From an uncultured Acidobacteriota bacterium (GTDB lineage Bacteria; Acidobacteriota; Vicinamibacteria; Fen-336), in assembly GCA_963720545.1 (NCBI GenBank), contig OY970399.1, positions 3,392,001 to 3,456,000 on the forward strand: 64,000 nucleotides of DNA, read 5' to 3'. Below the pieces are notes generated by a model. It was not told where the DNA came from, did no database searches, and saw only the letters and a program-made list of their open reading frames with translations. This document shows positions 38,713 through 49,976 of this stretch, one piece after another (position 1 is the first letter of the stretch; every line of letters begins with the position of its first letter). The translations under genes and the position numbers were made by a program.

Positions 38713-40365
38713 TTGGCGGATCGATACCGGCTCATCTACCAAGGCGACCACGGGCCTGCGGAGCACGTTTTCGAGAGCGGCGAAGTGCTGATCGGCCGCT
38801 CGCCGGACTGCCAGGTCGCCCTCAAGGACTACGGCATCTCCCGCCACCACGCCCGCCTCGTGGTGGACGCCGAGGGCGTGCGGGTCATGGACCTCGCCTC
38901 CAAGAACGGCACGCAGATCAACGACGTGCTGGTGGTCGAGGCGCGCCTGCGCGACGGCGACAAGATCCTGCTCGGCAAGTTCCCGATCTTCTTCCGCAAG
39001 AGCCTCGACGGCAAGGTGGTGCTCGACGAGCGCAAGACGTTCCCGCAGGAGTCGGGCACCATCATCCGCAGTCTCGGCGACGTCCGCCGGCTGCTGGCCG
39101 AGCCCGGCAACGAGTCGGGGCGGCTGGTCGAGAAGCCGCTGGTCACCGACATCGGCGAGATCGAGAAGTCGAACCGCATCCTCAAGGTCCTCACCCAGGT
39201 GGCGCGCACCCTGATCGCCGTCGGCCCGGTCGAGGACGTGCTGCAGAAGGTCATGGCGATCCTGTTCGAGCAGTTGCCGGGCGCCGACCGCGGCTTCCTG
39301 ATGCTGCGCGACCGGCACACGAGCAAGCTGGTGCCGATGGTGGTCAAGTACCGCAGCTCCGAGAACGAGGCCGACCACGGGCGCATCACCATCTCGAAAA
39401 CGATCGCCGACCGGGTGCTCGCGGACAAGGTCTCGATCCTCACCTCAGACGCGCAGGTGGACCCGCGCTTCGGCGCCGGCGACTCGATCCGCTTCCACGG
39501 CATCCGCAGCGCCATGTGCGCGCCGCTCACCGCCAAGGACGAGGTCATCGGCATCATCCACGTCGACTCGCCGATGAGCACCAACTGCTTCACGCTCGAC
39601 GACCTCGACCTGCTGTCGGCGCTCGCCACCTACGCCGCCATCGGCATCGACCGCGCCAGCCTCAACGAGCAGGTGCTCGCCGAGGAGAAGAAGAAGGAGC
39701 GCCTCGGCCGCTTCCTCTCGCCGCAGGTCACGAACCGCATCCTCGCCAGCTCCGACACGGTCAACGCGCCGCTCGGCGCGCCGGAGGTGAAGGACGTGAG
39801 CGTGCTGTTCGCCGACATCGTCGGCTTCACCTCGATGTCCGAGAGCATGAGCCCGGCGGCGGTGGCGCTGATGCTGAACGACTACCTGTCGCGCATGACC
39901 GAGGTGATCTTCAAGTACGAGGGCACGCTCGACAAGTACATCGGCGACGCGATCATGGCGGTGTTCGGCGCGCCCATCGACATGCACGACCACGCCGCGC
40001 GCGCCATCCGCACCGCGCTCGAGATGCGCGAGCGCCTCGACGAGTTCAACGCGGAGCGGCACGGCGACCAGCCGCGCATCGCGGTGCGCATCGGCATCAA
40101 CAGCGGCAAGGCGGTTGCGGGCGAGATCGGCTCCATCAACAAGAAGGAGTACACGGTGCTCGGCGACACCGTCAACATCGCGAGCCGCCTCGAAAGCTCG
40201 GTGGCGCAGCCCGGCATGATCGTGGTGGGCGAGAACACCTACCACGCGGTCGGCGCCGAGTTCGACTTCGGCGCGCTCGGCGCGATGGCGCTGAAGGGCC
40301 GCACCCAGGCGATCTCGGCCTTCGAGGTGCGCGGCGTGCGCCGCGCGGCCGCCGCCGGAGCCTGA
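38713..40365 (+). CDS. FHA-GAF-class III adenylate/guanylate cyclase
   Basis: FHA GR..SRHHA..NGT; GAF SAMCAPL; FADIVGFT, DKYIGD, GDTVNIASR. Confidence 0.92.
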   Translation: MADRYRLIYQGDHGPAEHVFESGEVLIGRSPDCQVALKDYGISRHHARLVVDAEGVRVMDLASKNGTQINDVLVVEARLRDGDKILLGKFPIFFRKSLDGKVVLDERKTFPQESGTIIRSLGDVRRLLAEPGNESGRLVEKPLVTDIGEIEKSNRILKVLTQVARTLIAVGPVEDVLQKVMAILFEQLPGADRGFLMLRDRHTSKLVPMVVKYRSSENEADHGRITISKTIADRVLADKVSILTSDAQVDPRFGAGDSIRFHGIRSAMCAPLTAKDEVIGIIHVDSPMSTNCFTLDDLDLLSALATYAAIGIDRASLNEQVLAEEKKKERLGRFLSPQVTNRILASSDTVNAPLGAPEVKDVSVLFADIVGFTSMSESMSPAAVALMLNDYLSRMTEVIFKYEGTLDKYIGDAIMAVFGAPIDMHDHAARAIRTALEMRERLDEFNAERHGDQPRIAVRIGINSGKAVAGEIGSINKKEYTVLGDTVNIASRLESSVAQPGMIVVGENTYHAVGAEFDFGALGAMALKGRTQAISAFEVRGVRRAAAAGA

Positions 40366-40374
40366 GGCAAGCCC

Positions 40375-42141
40375 TTGGCCGCGCCCCTGCCGCGCCCGCG
40401 CGGCCGCATCCTCGTCACGCTGCTGCTGATGATGGGGGTGATCAGCGTCGCGCCGCTGCTCTGGACCTCGTGGAGCCTGTTCCGGCGCAGCCGCGACATC
40501 CTCGAGCTCGACCAGAAGTCGAGCCAGCTCGACAAGGCGCGCGGCCTCTCCGAGCAGATCGCCCTGTACGTCGGCGGCATTCGCGAGGACGCCGCCGGCA
40601 TGGCGCGTTCGTTCGGCCCGGAGGCCGCCGCGTCGGGCATGGCCGCGGTCACCGCGCGCCTCGAGAAGCAGGGCAGCCTCAATGCCTACATGAGCGCCTC
40701 ATCGCACTTCTACGTCATCGGTGTGCGCCACGCCGACTGCACGGGCGCCGAATGGGGCATGCGCTTCCCCGACCAGCAGGTGCGCGCCATGATGGACCAG
40801 GGCTGCCAGGTCGCGCTGCAAGGCGCGGCCGAGGCCAGCCCGCCGATCCTCGCCGCTTCCGTGAAGGAGCCGGTGATGATCATCGCCGAGCCCATTCGCG
40901 ACGGCAACGGGCCGGTGCTGGGCGCGGTGGTCGCGGTTGCCGGTCTCGGCCCGGTGTGGCGCATGACCCAGGAGATGGCGGGGGGCACTGCCGACGTCTA
41001 CGTGGTGGACCGTCGCGGCCGGCTGATCGCCCATTCCGATCCGGGCGCCGCACAGGCGGGGCCGCAGGACGTGTCGGACGTCGAGATCGTCAAGCGTTTC
41101 ATCGCCAGCCAGCAGGCCGCCTCGCGCACCTCGCAGACGATGCCGTTCACGCTCGCCGGGCCCGGCGGCCCGCAGCGCATGCTCGGCACTTTCACGCCGG
41201 TGCCGAACGACTCGGGATGGGGTGTGGTCGCGCAGGTCAGCGAGAGCAAGGCGTACCACGACGCCGACGAGATGTGGCGCTTCTCGCGCTGGCTGGTGGC
41301 GTCGGTGGCGCTGCTCGCCGCGGCTGCCGCCGCCGCGTTCGCACAGGGCATCAGCCGCCCCATCCAGGACCTCGCGAAAGGCGCGCAGCAGCTGGCCGCG
41401 GGCCAGTACCACACGCGCGTCGCCGTGAAGTCGCGCAACGAGATCGGCATCCTCGCCGGCGCCTTCAACCACATGGGCGACCAGATCGAGAGCCATATCG
41501 ACGAGATCCGGCGCGCCGCGGCCACCAACAAGGAGCTGTTCTTCGGCGCCATCAAGATGCTGGCGAACGCCATCGACGAGAAAGACGTGTACACGCGCGG
41601 CCATTCCGAGCGCGTCGGCCACTACTCGCAGGAGCTGGCGCGGTTCATGGGCATGGACGCCGCGGAGGTCGAGCGCGCCTACCTCGCCGGCATCCTCCAC
41701 GACGTCGGCAAGATCGGCATCGACGACCGCATCCTGCGCAAGCCGGCGGCGCTCACCGACGACGAGTACGAGATCATGAAGGAGCACCCGCGCCGCGGCG
41801 AGAACATCCTGAAGGCGGTGCCGCGGCTCATGGAGCTGGCGGGTGACGGCCTGCTGCACCACGAGAACCTCGACGGCAGCGGCTATCCGGACGGCCTCAG
41901 CGCCGAGCAGATCCCGCTGCTCGGCCGCATCGTGAGCGTGGCCGACGCCTTCGACGCGATGACCACCGACCGGCCGTACTCGGCGGCCTGGCCCGATGCG
42001 AAGGCGGTCGAGCGGCTGCAGGCGCTGGTGGGCAAGAAATTCGACGAACGCTGCGTCGCGGCGCTTGCCAAGGCGATCGCAGATGGCGCATTGTCATCGG
42101 CGAAGGCGCGGGTGGCCGCGGTCGTGGCCCGGCGCACGTAA
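40375..42141 (+). CDS. Cache/HAMP/HD-GYP membrane phosphodiesterase
   Basis: Two TM helices, Cache-like YVVD..GRLIAH, HAMP, GHSERV, HDVGK, HHE, GYP. Confidence 0.9.
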   Translation: MAAPLPRPRGRILVTLLLMMGVISVAPLLWTSWSLFRRSRDILELDQKSSQLDKARGLSEQIALYVGGIREDAAGMARSFGPEAAASGMAAVTARLEKQGSLNAYMSASSHFYVIGVRHADCTGAEWGMRFPDQQVRAMMDQGCQVALQGAAEASPPILAASVKEPVMIIAEPIRDGNGPVLGAVVAVAGLGPVWRMTQEMAGGTADVYVVDRRGRLIAHSDPGAAQAGPQDVSDVEIVKRFIASQQAASRTSQTMPFTLAGPGGPQRMLGTFTPVPNDSGWGVVAQVSESKAYHDADEMWRFSRWLVASVALLAAAAAAAFAQGISRPIQDLAKGAQQLAAGQYHTRVAVKSRNEIGILAGAFNHMGDQIESHIDEIRRAAATNKELFFGAIKMLANAIDEKDVYTRGHSERVGHYSQELARFMGMDAAEVERAYLAGILHDVGKIGIDDRILRKPAALTDDEYEIMKEHPRRGENILKAVPRLMELAGDGLLHHENLDGSGYPDGLSAEQIPLLGRIVSVADAFDAMTTDRPYSAAWPDAKAVERLQALVGKKFDERCVAALAKAIADGALSSAKARVAAVVARRT

Positions 42142-42169
42142 GGCGTAAAGAAGGAAGGAAGCGAACGTT

Positions 42170-42943
42170 ATGGCGGAACGGCTGATACGTAAGGGCGCAT
42201 TGCTCGCGACACTGGCGCTGGCGCTGGCTGCCGCCGCGCCGGCGGCGGCGCAGGAAAAGGGCCCGGGCCAGTCGCAGGGCGAGGCGAACTTCAACACCGG
42301 CATCGCGCACCTCTCTGGCGGGCGCGTGGACCTCGCGGTCGAAGAGTTTCGCCGCGCCGTCAAGGCCGACCAGAAGAATCCCTATTTCCGCAAGGCGCTC
42401 GGCCTGTCGCTGGCGCGCCAGCAGAACTACACCGAGGCGGTCGCCGAGCTGCGCAAGGCGCTCGAGCTGAGCCCTTACTACGTGGACGTGCGCAACGACC
42501 TCGGCACGGTCCTGATCGTCTCGGGCAAGCGCGAGGAGGGCCGCGGCGAACTGGTGCGCGTCTTCACCGACCCGATGAACCCGACTCCGGAGATCACCGC
42601 GCGCAATATCGCGCAGTCGTACGTGGACGAGAAGGACTACGCGAACGCGCTCATCTGGTATCGCAGCGCCATCGAGAAGAACGACGGCTACGCCGACGGC
42701 CAGCTGGGGCTGGCCGAGGCGCTGCTGGCGCTGAAGCGCAACGGCGAGGCGCTGGTGGTGCTGGAAGCGGCGCTGCGGCCCACCGGCGACAGCGCCGAGG
42801 TATTGGTGGCGCTCGCCGAGATCTACCAGCGCAACGGCAAGCTCGCCGAGGCGCGCGCCGCGCTCGAAAAGGCGGTGCGCCAGGATCCGGGCGGACCCGC
42901 GGGCCAGCGCGCGAGCGAACTGCTGAAGACCCTCGGTCAGTAG
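42170..42943 (+). CDS. Exported TPR protein (PilW/PilF-like)
   Basis: Signal peptide, several TPR helices (NDLGTV, TPEITARN). Confidence 0.75.
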   Translation: MAERLIRKGALLATLALALAAAAPAAAQEKGPGQSQGEANFNTGIAHLSGGRVDLAVEEFRRAVKADQKNPYFRKALGLSLARQQNYTEAVAELRKALELSPYYVDVRNDLGTVLIVSGKREEGRGELVRVFTDPMNPTPEITARNIAQSYVDEKDYANALIWYRSAIEKNDGYADGQLGLAEALLALKRNGEALVVLEAALRPTGDSAEVLVALAEIYQRNGKLAEARAALEKAVRQDPGGPAGQRASELLKTLGQ

Positions 42944-42948
42944 ACGCC

Positions 42949-43890
42949 GTGACGACCGGCGCACCCGTCAAGCCGCGGTTCTTCGAGCGGCTGAAGCAGT
43001 CTCTCTCGCGCACCCGTGCGCTCCTCGAGATGCCGGTCGAGGACCTGGTGCGCGGCGAGCGGCCGCTCGAAGCCGCCGACCTCGAGGCGATCGAGGAGGC
43101 GCTGCTCGCGGCCGACATGGGACCAGCCGCGGTTGCGGACGCGATTGAAGTCCTGCGCGAGCGCAGCCGCGACATCGCGCATGCGGGCAAGGACGGCATG
43201 CGCGGCGTGCTGCACTCGGAGATCGCGCGCGCCCTGACGACACCGGCGGCGCCGGCGCTCTTCACCGCCACGCCGTGGGTGGTTTTCGTGGTCGGCGTCA
43301 ACGGCGCAGGCAAGACCACGACCATCGGCAAGCTGGCCAAGACCCTGCAAGGGGAAGGACGGCGCTCGCTCATCTGCGCCGCGGACACCTTTCGCGCCGC
43401 TGCCGCGGAGCAGCTGGAGGTCTGGGCGCAGCGCAGCGGCGCTGCCTTCCATCGCGGCGCCGAAGGCGCCGACCCGGCGGCGGTGGTGACCGATGCGATC
43501 CGCATGGCGCGGGCGCGCGGACTCGACGCGGTGCTCGTGGACACCGCGGGGCGCCTGCACACCAAGGGCAACCTGATGGCGGAACTGGCGAAGATGGCGC
43601 GCGTCGCCGGGCGCGAAGCCGCGGGCGCGCCGCACGAGACGCTGCTGGTGCTCGACGCCACCACCGGGGCCAACGGCCTCGCCCAGGGACGCGAGTTCGC
43701 GAAGGCCGCGGCCGTGACCGGCATCGTCCTCACCAAGCTCGACGGCACCGCGAAGGGCGGCGTCGCGGTGGCGGTGGTGCGCGACCTGCAGGTGCCGATC
43801 CGCTACGTGGGCGTCGGCGAACAGGTCGACGACCTGCTGCCGTTCGACGCCGCGGCGTTCGCCTCGGGACTTCTCGGGATGTCGTCTTGA
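42949..43890 (+). CDS. ftsY: SRP receptor FtsY (NG domain only)
   Basis: [32 protein letters not shown]. Confidence 0.96.
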   Translation: MTTGAPVKPRFFERLKQSLSRTRALLEMPVEDLVRGERPLEAADLEAIEEALLAADMGPAAVADAIEVLRERSRDIAHAGKDGMRGVLHSEIARALTTPAAPALFTATPWVVFVVGVNGAGKTTTIGKLAKTLQGEGRRSLICAADTFRAAAAEQLEVWAQRSGAAFHRGAEGADPAAVVTDAIRMARARGLDAVLVDTAGRLHTKGNLMAELAKMARVAGREAAGAPHETLLVLDATTGANGLAQGREFAKAAAVTGIVLTKLDGTAKGGVAVAVVRDLQVPIRYVGVGEQVDDLLPFDAAAFASGLLGMSS

Positions 43891-44987
43891 GCGGGGACGA
43901 CGACGCGGCCTTCATGGCGCGCGCGCTGGCGCTTGCGCGGAAGGGCAAGGGCGAAACGAACCCCAACCCGCTGGTCGGCTGCGTGGTCGTGAAGGACGGG
44001 CGGATCGTCGGCGAGGGCTTTCATGCCCGCGCCGGTGGAGCGCACGCCGAAACGGCGGCGCTGGCGCGTGCCGGAGGCGAAGCGCGCGGCGCGACGCTCT
44101 ACGTGAACCTCGAGCCGTGCGCGCACCAGGGCCGCACGCCGCCGTGCGCGCCGGCCGTTGCGGCAGCGGGTATTGCGCGGGTGGTGGCCGCGGTGCGCGA
44201 TGCCAACCCCGCGGTCGCCGGCAAGGGGCTCACGCAGCTGCGCAAGGCCGGGGTGGCGGTGACCCTCGGCGTGCTCGCGAGCGAGGCCCGCCGCCTCAAT
44301 AACCGGTTTCTGCAAGGTGTCGTGGGCAAGCGGCCGTACGTCACGCTCAAGGCTGCGATGACACTCGACGGCCGCATCGCCACCGCCAGCGGCCAATCGA
44401 AATGGCTGACCTCCGCGGCGCAGAGGCGCTCGGCACGCGCGCTGCGGCGCGTGCACGACGGCATCCTCGTGGGCATCGGCACGGTGCTCGCCGACGATCC
44501 GCTGCTGCTGCCGGCGCCGCGGGTGCGCCGGCCGTTCCCGCGCGTGGTCGTCGACAGCAACCTGCGGATTCCGCTGGAGTCGCAGCTGGTGCGAACCGCG
44601 GCCGACCAGCCGCTCGTGGTGCTTTGCAGCCGCGATGCCGACGCCGATCGCCGCCACCTCCTCGAACGCCGCGCGGTGCAGGTCTGGCCGATCCCCGCGA
44701 AGGACGGCCGCCTCGACCTTGCCGCCGGCCTGCGCCGCCTGCGCAGCGCCGGCCTCATGGTGCTGATGGTGGAGGGCGGCAGCGAGATCCTCGGCGCCTT
44801 CCTCGCCGCGCGGCTCTTCGACGAGGCCGTCTTCTATCGCGCCGCGCTGCTGCTTGGCGGCCGCAACAGCCGCCCCGCCTTCGGCGGACCAGAGCCGCGC
44901 TCGCTCAAGTCGGCGCTCGCGATGCGGCGCGCCCGGCCGCCCCTGGACGACGAGCCGCCGCTCGCCGAACGCTGGTTCGTCGGCTGA
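43887..44987 (+). CDS. ribD: Riboflavin biosynthesis deaminase/reductase
   Basis: [36 protein letters not shown] overlaps ftsY stop. Confidence 0.95.
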   Translation: MSGDDDAAFMARALALARKGKGETNPNPLVGCVVVKDGRIVGEGFHARAGGAHAETAALARAGGEARGATLYVNLEPCAHQGRTPPCAPAVAAAGIARVVAAVRDANPAVAGKGLTQLRKAGVAVTLGVLASEARRLNNRFLQGVVGKRPYVTLKAAMTLDGRIATASGQSKWLTSAAQRRSARALRRVHDGILVGIGTVLADDPLLLPAPRVRRPFPRVVVDSNLRIPLESQLVRTAADQPLVVLCSRDADADRRHLLERRAVQVWPIPAKDGRLDLAAGLRRLRSAGLMVLMVEGGSEILGAFLAARLFDEAVFYRAALLLGGRNSRPAFGGPEPRSLKSALAMRRARPPLDDEPPLAERWFVG

Positions 44988-44988
44988 C

Positions 44989-45597
44989 ATGTTCACCGGC
45001 ATCGTGGAGGGTCTCGGCACGGTCAGGAGCGCGCGGCGCGATGCCGAAGTGCTGCGCGTTGCGATCGACGCCGCGGCCCTCGCCGCCGGCCTGCGGCCCG
45101 GCTCGTCCATTGCCGTCAACGGCTGCTGCCTGACGGTGGAGACGCTCGCGGGCAGCGTCTTCACCTGCGCGCTCAGCGAAGAGACCGTGCTGCGCACGCG
45201 TTTCAACACGCGGCTGGTGCCGGGCACCGCGGTCAACCTCGAGCGCGCGCTGCGCGCGGACGGCCGGCTCGAGGGCCACATCGTCCAGGGCCACGTGGAC
45301 GGCGTCGGCACGATTGCCGCGCTCGAACGCTCCGCCGCCGGCTCCGCGCTGCTCGCCGTGGACGCGCCTGCGGAGCTCCAGCGTTACCTCGCCCTCAAGG
45401 GTTCGGTCGCGGTGGACGGCATCTCGCTGACGGTCGCGAGCCTCGATCGGGGCCGCTTCGGCGCCGCCCTCATCCCCTATACACTGGACCATACGAACCT
45501 CGCCTCGGCGCGGCCCGGCGATCCCGTCAACCTCGAGACCGACATCCTCGCGCGTTACGTCGAGCGCCTCGGCGGGCGAAGTTCGCAGGAGCGATAG
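44989..45597 (+). CDS. ribE: Riboflavin synthase
   Basis: [30 protein letters not shown]. Confidence 0.96.
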   Translation: MFTGIVEGLGTVRSARRDAEVLRVAIDAAALAAGLRPGSSIAVNGCCLTVETLAGSVFTCALSEETVLRTRFNTRLVPGTAVNLERALRADGRLEGHIVQGHVDGVGTIAALERSAAGSALLAVDAPAELQRYLALKGSVAVDGISLTVASLDRGRFGAALIPYTLDHTNLASARPGDPVNLETDILARYVERLGGRSSQER

Positions 45598-45604
45598 ACC
45601 GCAC

Positions 45605-46813
45605 ATGCCCTTCGCACGCATCGAGGACGCGATCGACGACATTCGCCTCGGGCGGATGGTGATCGTCATTGACGACGAGGAGCGCGAGAACGAGGGCGAC
45701 CTGACGCTCGCGGCCGAGAAGGTCACGCCCGAGATCATCAATTTCATGGCGCGCCACGGCCGCGGCCTCATCTGCATGCCGATGACGGCGCAGCGCCTCG
45801 ACGAGCTGCGCATCCCGCTGATGGTGCGCGACGAGCAGAACGACGCCAAGTTCGGCACCGCCTTCTGCGTGCCGATCGAGGCCAAGAAGGGCACCACCAC
45901 CGGCATCTCGGCGAGCGACCGCGCCCGCACCATCCTCACCGCGGTCGACCCGGCCTCGCAGCCGGGCGACCTGGCGCGTCCCGGCCACATGTTCCCGCTG
46001 CGCGCCGAGACCGGCGGGGTGCTGGTGCGGGCCGGCCAGACCGAGGCGGCGGTGGACCTCGCGCGCCTCGCCGGCCTCAACCCGGCCGGCGTCATCTGCG
46101 AAATCATGAACGAGGACGGCACCATGGCTCGCGTGCCGCAGCTCGAGGCGTTCTGCGCCGAGCACGGCCTGCGCATGATCACGATCAAGGACCTGATCCA
46201 GTACCGCATGCGCAACGAGCGGCTGGTGCGCAAGATCGCCGAGGCCAGCCTGCCGACCGACTACGGCGACTTCCGCATCCACGCGTTCGAGAGCCTGATC
46301 GACAAGGAACACCACGTGGCGCTGGTGATGGGCAAGATCGAGCCGGGCGACGAGGTGCTGGTGCGCGTGCACTCGCAGTGCCTCACCGGCGACATCTTCG
46401 CGTCGTCGCGCTGCGACTGCGGCGCGCAGCTGCACACGGCGCTCGAAGCGATCGGCAAGCGCGGCCAGGGCGTGCTCCTGTACCTGCGCCAGGAAGGCCG
46501 CGGCATCGGCCTGCTGCACAAGATCATGGCGTACCAGCTGCAGGACCAGGGCCGCGACACGGTGCAGGCGAACGAAGACCTCGGCTTCAAGGCCGACCAG
46601 CGCGATTACGGCATCGGCGCGCAGATCCTCGCCGAGCTCGGCCTGCGCGACATCCGGCTGATGACCAACAACCCGCGCAAGTTCGTCGGCCTCGAGGGCT
46701 ACGGCCTGCGCATCGCCGGCCGGGTGCCCATCGAGGTCGCGCCGTCCGCCGCCAACGTCGTCTACCTCAAGACCAAGAAGGAAAAGCTCGGCCACCTGCT
46801 GCGCAAGGTGTAG
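45605..46813 (+). CDS. ribBA: DHBP synthase / GTP cyclohydrolase II
   Basis: [44 protein letters not shown]. Confidence 0.96.
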   Translation: MPFARIEDAIDDIRLGRMVIVIDDEERENEGDLTLAAEKVTPEIINFMARHGRGLICMPMTAQRLDELRIPLMVRDEQNDAKFGTAFCVPIEAKKGTTTGISASDRARTILTAVDPASQPGDLARPGHMFPLRAETGGVLVRAGQTEAAVDLARLAGLNPAGVICEIMNEDGTMARVPQLEAFCAEHGLRMITIKDLIQYRMRNERLVRKIAEASLPTDYGDFRIHAFESLIDKEHHVALVMGKIEPGDEVLVRVHSQCLTGDIFASSRCDCGAQLHTALEAIGKRGQGVLLYLRQEGRGIGLLHKIMAYQLQDQGRDTVQANEDLGFKADQRDYGIGAQILAELGLRDIRLMTNNPRKFVGLEGYGLRIAGRVPIEVAPSAANVVYLKTKKEKLGHLLRKV

Positions 46814-46822
46814 CCCTCGCCC

Positions 46823-48223
46823 ATGTCCCGCGCCCGCGGCCTGGCAGCGCTGCTCCTGCTGTTCGCGGTCATCGCATACCTCGTTCCACACCCCGATTCG
46901 GTCAGCGCGCAAGGCTGGCGGCAGCTCGCGATCTTCGTCACCACCATTGCCGGGATGATTCTCGAGCCGCTGCCCGCGGCGGCACTGGTGCTGATGGGAC
47001 TCGTCGCCATGGTGGCCAACGGCGCGCCGCTGCGCGAGGCGTTCGCAGGCTTCGCCGAGTCCGCGGTGTGGCTGGTGCTGGTGGCGATGCTGGTGGCGCG
47101 CGCCATGCTGAAGGCGGGCCTCGGGCGGCGCATCGCGCTGCTCTTCCTGCGCGCCTTCGGCCGCAGCTCGCTCGGCATCTCGTACTCGCTGGTCGCGACC
47201 GACGTGGTGCTCGCCGGCGGCGTGCCCTCGATCGCCGCGCGCAGCGGCTGCATGGTGCTGCCGGTTCCGGTGAGTATCGCGGAGCTGTTCGACTCGCGCC
47301 CCGGCCCCACCGCCAGGCGCCTCGGCACGTTCCTGATCGCCGCGATGTACCAGGCCTCGGCGGTCGCGTGCGCCATGTTCCTCACCGGCCAGGCGAGCAA
47401 CGTCCTCGGCGCGGCGCTGGCCCTGAAGCTCGCCGGCGTCTCGATCTCGTGGTTAGACTGGCTGGTCGCTGCCAGCGTGCCGGGGCTCGTCGGCTGCGCG
47501 GTGGTGCCGTGGGTCGTCTACCGGCTGCTGACGCCTGAGATTCGCAGCACCCCGGAAGCCGCGTCGTTCGCGCGCAGCGAGCTGGCCGCCATGGGGCCGC
47601 TGACCCGCGCGCAGGGAATAACGCTCGCCGTGTTCACGGGCGTCGGCAGCTTGTGGTTCACGTCCGCATGGCATGGGCTCGATGTCGCGTTCGTCGCGCT
47701 CCTCGGCCTCTGCGTGCTGCTCGCCACCGGCACCATGACCTGGCAGGAGTGCGTCTCGGAAGCGCCAGCGTGGAACATGTTCATCTGGTACGGCGGCCTG
47801 CTGCGCATGGGCGAGATGCTGAACTCGACCGGCGTCACCCAGGCGTTCGCCACCGCGATCGGCTCGGCCTTCACCGGCATTCCGTGGTTCGCGGTGCTCA
47901 TCGCGATCCTGCTCGTCTACTACTACTCGCACTATTTCTTCGCCAGCATCACCGCGCACCTGCTCGCGATGTTCCCGCCGTTCGTGATCCTGCTGGTCAG
48001 CATCGGCGCGCCGCCGAAGCTCGCGGCCTTCAGCTTGCTTTGCCTTGCGAACCTCACCGCCGGCCTGACCCACTACGGAACCACCAGCGCCCCGATGCTG
48101 TTCGGCCTCGGCTACGTGTCCCTGCGCGACTGGTGGCGCACCGGCTTCATCGTGTCGCTCGCGAACCTCGCCATCTGGCTGACGGTCGGGCTCGCCTGGT
48201 GGAAGGCGCTCGGGTTCTGGTGA
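46823..48223 (+). CDS. DASS-family di/tricarboxylate transporter (CitT/2-oxoglutarate-malate translocator type)
   Basis: PSIAARSG, AMFLTG, HYFFASITAH, LTHYGT, WWKALGFW. Confidence 0.9.
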   Translation: MSRARGLAALLLLFAVIAYLVPHPDSVSAQGWRQLAIFVTTIAGMILEPLPAAALVLMGLVAMVANGAPLREAFAGFAESAVWLVLVAMLVARAMLKAGLGRRIALLFLRAFGRSSLGISYSLVATDVVLAGGVPSIAARSGCMVLPVPVSIAELFDSRPGPTARRLGTFLIAAMYQASAVACAMFLTGQASNVLGAALALKLAGVSISWLDWLVAASVPGLVGCAVVPWVVYRLLTPEIRSTPEAASFARSELAAMGPLTRAQGITLAVFTGVGSLWFTSAWHGLDVAFVALLGLCVLLATGTMTWQECVSEAPAWNMFIWYGGLLRMGEMLNSTGVTQAFATAIGSAFTGIPWFAVLIAILLVYYYSHYFFASITAHLLAMFPPFVILLVSIGAPPKLAAFSLLCLANLTAGLTHYGTTSAPMLFGLGYVSLRDWWRTGFIVSLANLAIWLTVGLAWWKALGFW

Positions 48224-48261
48224 AGCGCACCTAACTCTTGGCCGCACCATGGGTTACGGTT

Positions 48262-48291
48262 TTGACAGAGGGGTGCCCGGTCCCTTAAGAT
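48262..48291 (+). promoter_or_regulatory. Sigma70-type promoter for the ffh operon
   Basis: TTGACA 48262-48267, 18-nt spacer, TAAGAT 48286-48291. Confidence 0.7.
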
Positions 48292-48310
48292 CACGTGTTT
48301 CGCACCTGCC

Positions 48311-49660
48311 ATGTTCGACACCCTTACCGACAAGCTCCAAGGCGCATTCCGCTCGCTTCGCGGGGGGACCTTGTCCGAAGAGTCGGTGGACAAGGCGCTG
48401 CGCGAAATTCGCATGGCGCTGCTCGAGGCCGACGTCAACTTCAAGGTGGCCAAGGACTTCGTCGAACGGGTGCGGACGAAGGCGATCGGCGCCGAGGTGC
48501 TGCGCAGCCTGACTCCCGACCAGGCCGTCATCCGCATCGTGCGCGACGAGATGCTCGAACTCCTCGGCGGCGACGCGCCGGCGCGGCTCGAGTTCGGGTC
48601 GAAGGTGCCGGCCGTGGTGCTGATGACCGGGCTGCAAGGCTCGGGCAAGACCACCACGTCCGCCAAGCTCGCGAAGTGGCTGGTCAAGGGCGGACACCAT
48701 CCGCTGCTGGTCTCGACCGACGTGTACCGGCCGGCGGCGCGCGAGCAGCTGCGCACGCTGGCGCAGGCTCACGGCCTGCCCATCCACCATCCCGAGGGAG
48801 CGGCGGCGCCGCTCGAGCTGTTGCGCGGCGCGCTGGCGGCGGCGCGCAGCACCGGCCACGACGTGGTGCTCGTGGACACCGCCGGCCGCCTGCACATCGA
48901 CGACGAGATGATGAGCGAGCTCGAGGCGCTGCGCGACGCCGCGGCGCCGGCCGAGATCCTGTACGTCGCCGACGCCATGACCGGGCAGGACGCGGTCAGG
49001 AGCGCCGCCGAGTTCCAGCGGCGCATCGGCATCACCGGACTGGTACTGAGCAAGCTCGACGGCGACGCGCGCGGCGGCGCCGCGCTTTCGGCGGCCAGCG
49101 TCACCGGCAAGCCGGTCAAGTTCGCCGGCGTCGGCGAAAAGGTGGACGAGTTCGAGCTGTTCGCGGCCGAGCGCATGGTGGGCCGCATCCTCGGCATGGG
49201 CGACGTGCTCGGCCTGATCGAGCGCGCCGAGCAGGTGGTCGACCGCGAGTCGGCCGAGAAGATGATGGAGCGCCTGCGGCGCAGCGAGTTCACGCTCGAG
49301 GACTTCCGCGACCAGATGGCGCAGATAAAAAAGATGGGGCCGCTCGAGCAGATCCTCGGCATGCTGCCGGGCATGTCGGGACACATGAAGGACGTGGACA
49401 TCGCCGCCGGCGAGCGCGAGATGAAACGCACCGCCGCCATCATCGATTCGATGACGCCGCGCGAGCGCCGCGAGCCTTCGGTGTTGAACGGCAGTCGCAA
49501 GAAGCGCGTCGCCAAAGGCGCCGGCGCCGGCGTCGAGGACGTGAACCGCCTGCTCAAGCAGTTCGTGCAGGCGCGCAAGATGATGAAGTCGATGGGCGGC
49601 GGCGCCAAGGCCATGCGCCGCATGGCGGCGCAGATGGGCCAGTTCGGCAGACCGCAGTAG
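48311..49660 (+). CDS. ffh: Signal recognition particle protein
   Basis: ALLEADV, GLQGSGKTT, DTAGR, SKLDGDARGG, RILGMGD, Met-rich M domain. Confidence 0.97.
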   Translation: MFDTLTDKLQGAFRSLRGGTLSEESVDKALREIRMALLEADVNFKVAKDFVERVRTKAIGAEVLRSLTPDQAVIRIVRDEMLELLGGDAPARLEFGSKVPAVVLMTGLQGSGKTTTSAKLAKWLVKGGHHPLLVSTDVYRPAAREQLRTLAQAHGLPIHHPEGAAAPLELLRGALAAARSTGHDVVLVDTAGRLHIDDEMMSELEALRDAAAPAEILYVADAMTGQDAVRSAAEFQRRIGITGLVLSKLDGDARGGAALSAASVTGKPVKFAGVGEKVDEFELFAAERMVGRILGMGDVLGLIERAEQVVDRESAEKMMERLRRSEFTLEDFRDQMAQIKKMGPLEQILGMLPGMSGHMKDVDIAAGEREMKRTAAIIDSMTPRERREPSVLNGSRKKRVAKGAGAGVEDVNRLLKQFVQARKMMKSMGGGAKAMRRMAAQMGQFGRPQ

Positions 49661-49698
49661 AGCGCAAACAAGCAAACGAAAAGGAAACAAGGAACGCA

Positions 49699-49956
49699 AT
49701 GCTGTCCATAAGATTGAGGCGCACCGGGTCGACGAAGCGGCCCTATTACCGCGTGGTCGTCGCCGATTCGCGCTCGTGGCGCGACGGTGCCTTCGTCGAG
49801 ATCCTCGGCCATTACGATCCGCGCAAGAACCCCGCGATCGTGAAGATCGACACCGAGAAGGCGCAGCAGTGGATCGCGAAGGGCGCGCGCCCCTCCGACA
49901 CCGTCAGGAGCCTGCTGAAGACGACGGCCGAAGCCGCCGCCCCGGCGGCTTCCTAG
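49699..49956 (+). CDS. rpsP: 30S ribosomal protein S16
   Basis: MLSIRLRRTG..KRPYYRVVVADSR..RDG..E.LG.YDP. Confidence 0.97.
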   Translation: MLSIRLRRTGSTKRPYYRVVVADSRSWRDGAFVEILGHYDPRKNPAIVKIDTEKAQQWIAKGARPSDTVRSLLKTTAEAAAPAAS

Positions 49957-49976
49957 GACGAGCGAGGCGCACCGCC

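Noticed and set aside
48224..48310. SRP RNA (ffs) near ffh/ftsY, or FMN riboswitch near rib genes
   Set aside because: Intergenic gaps are too short or lack the conserved motifs
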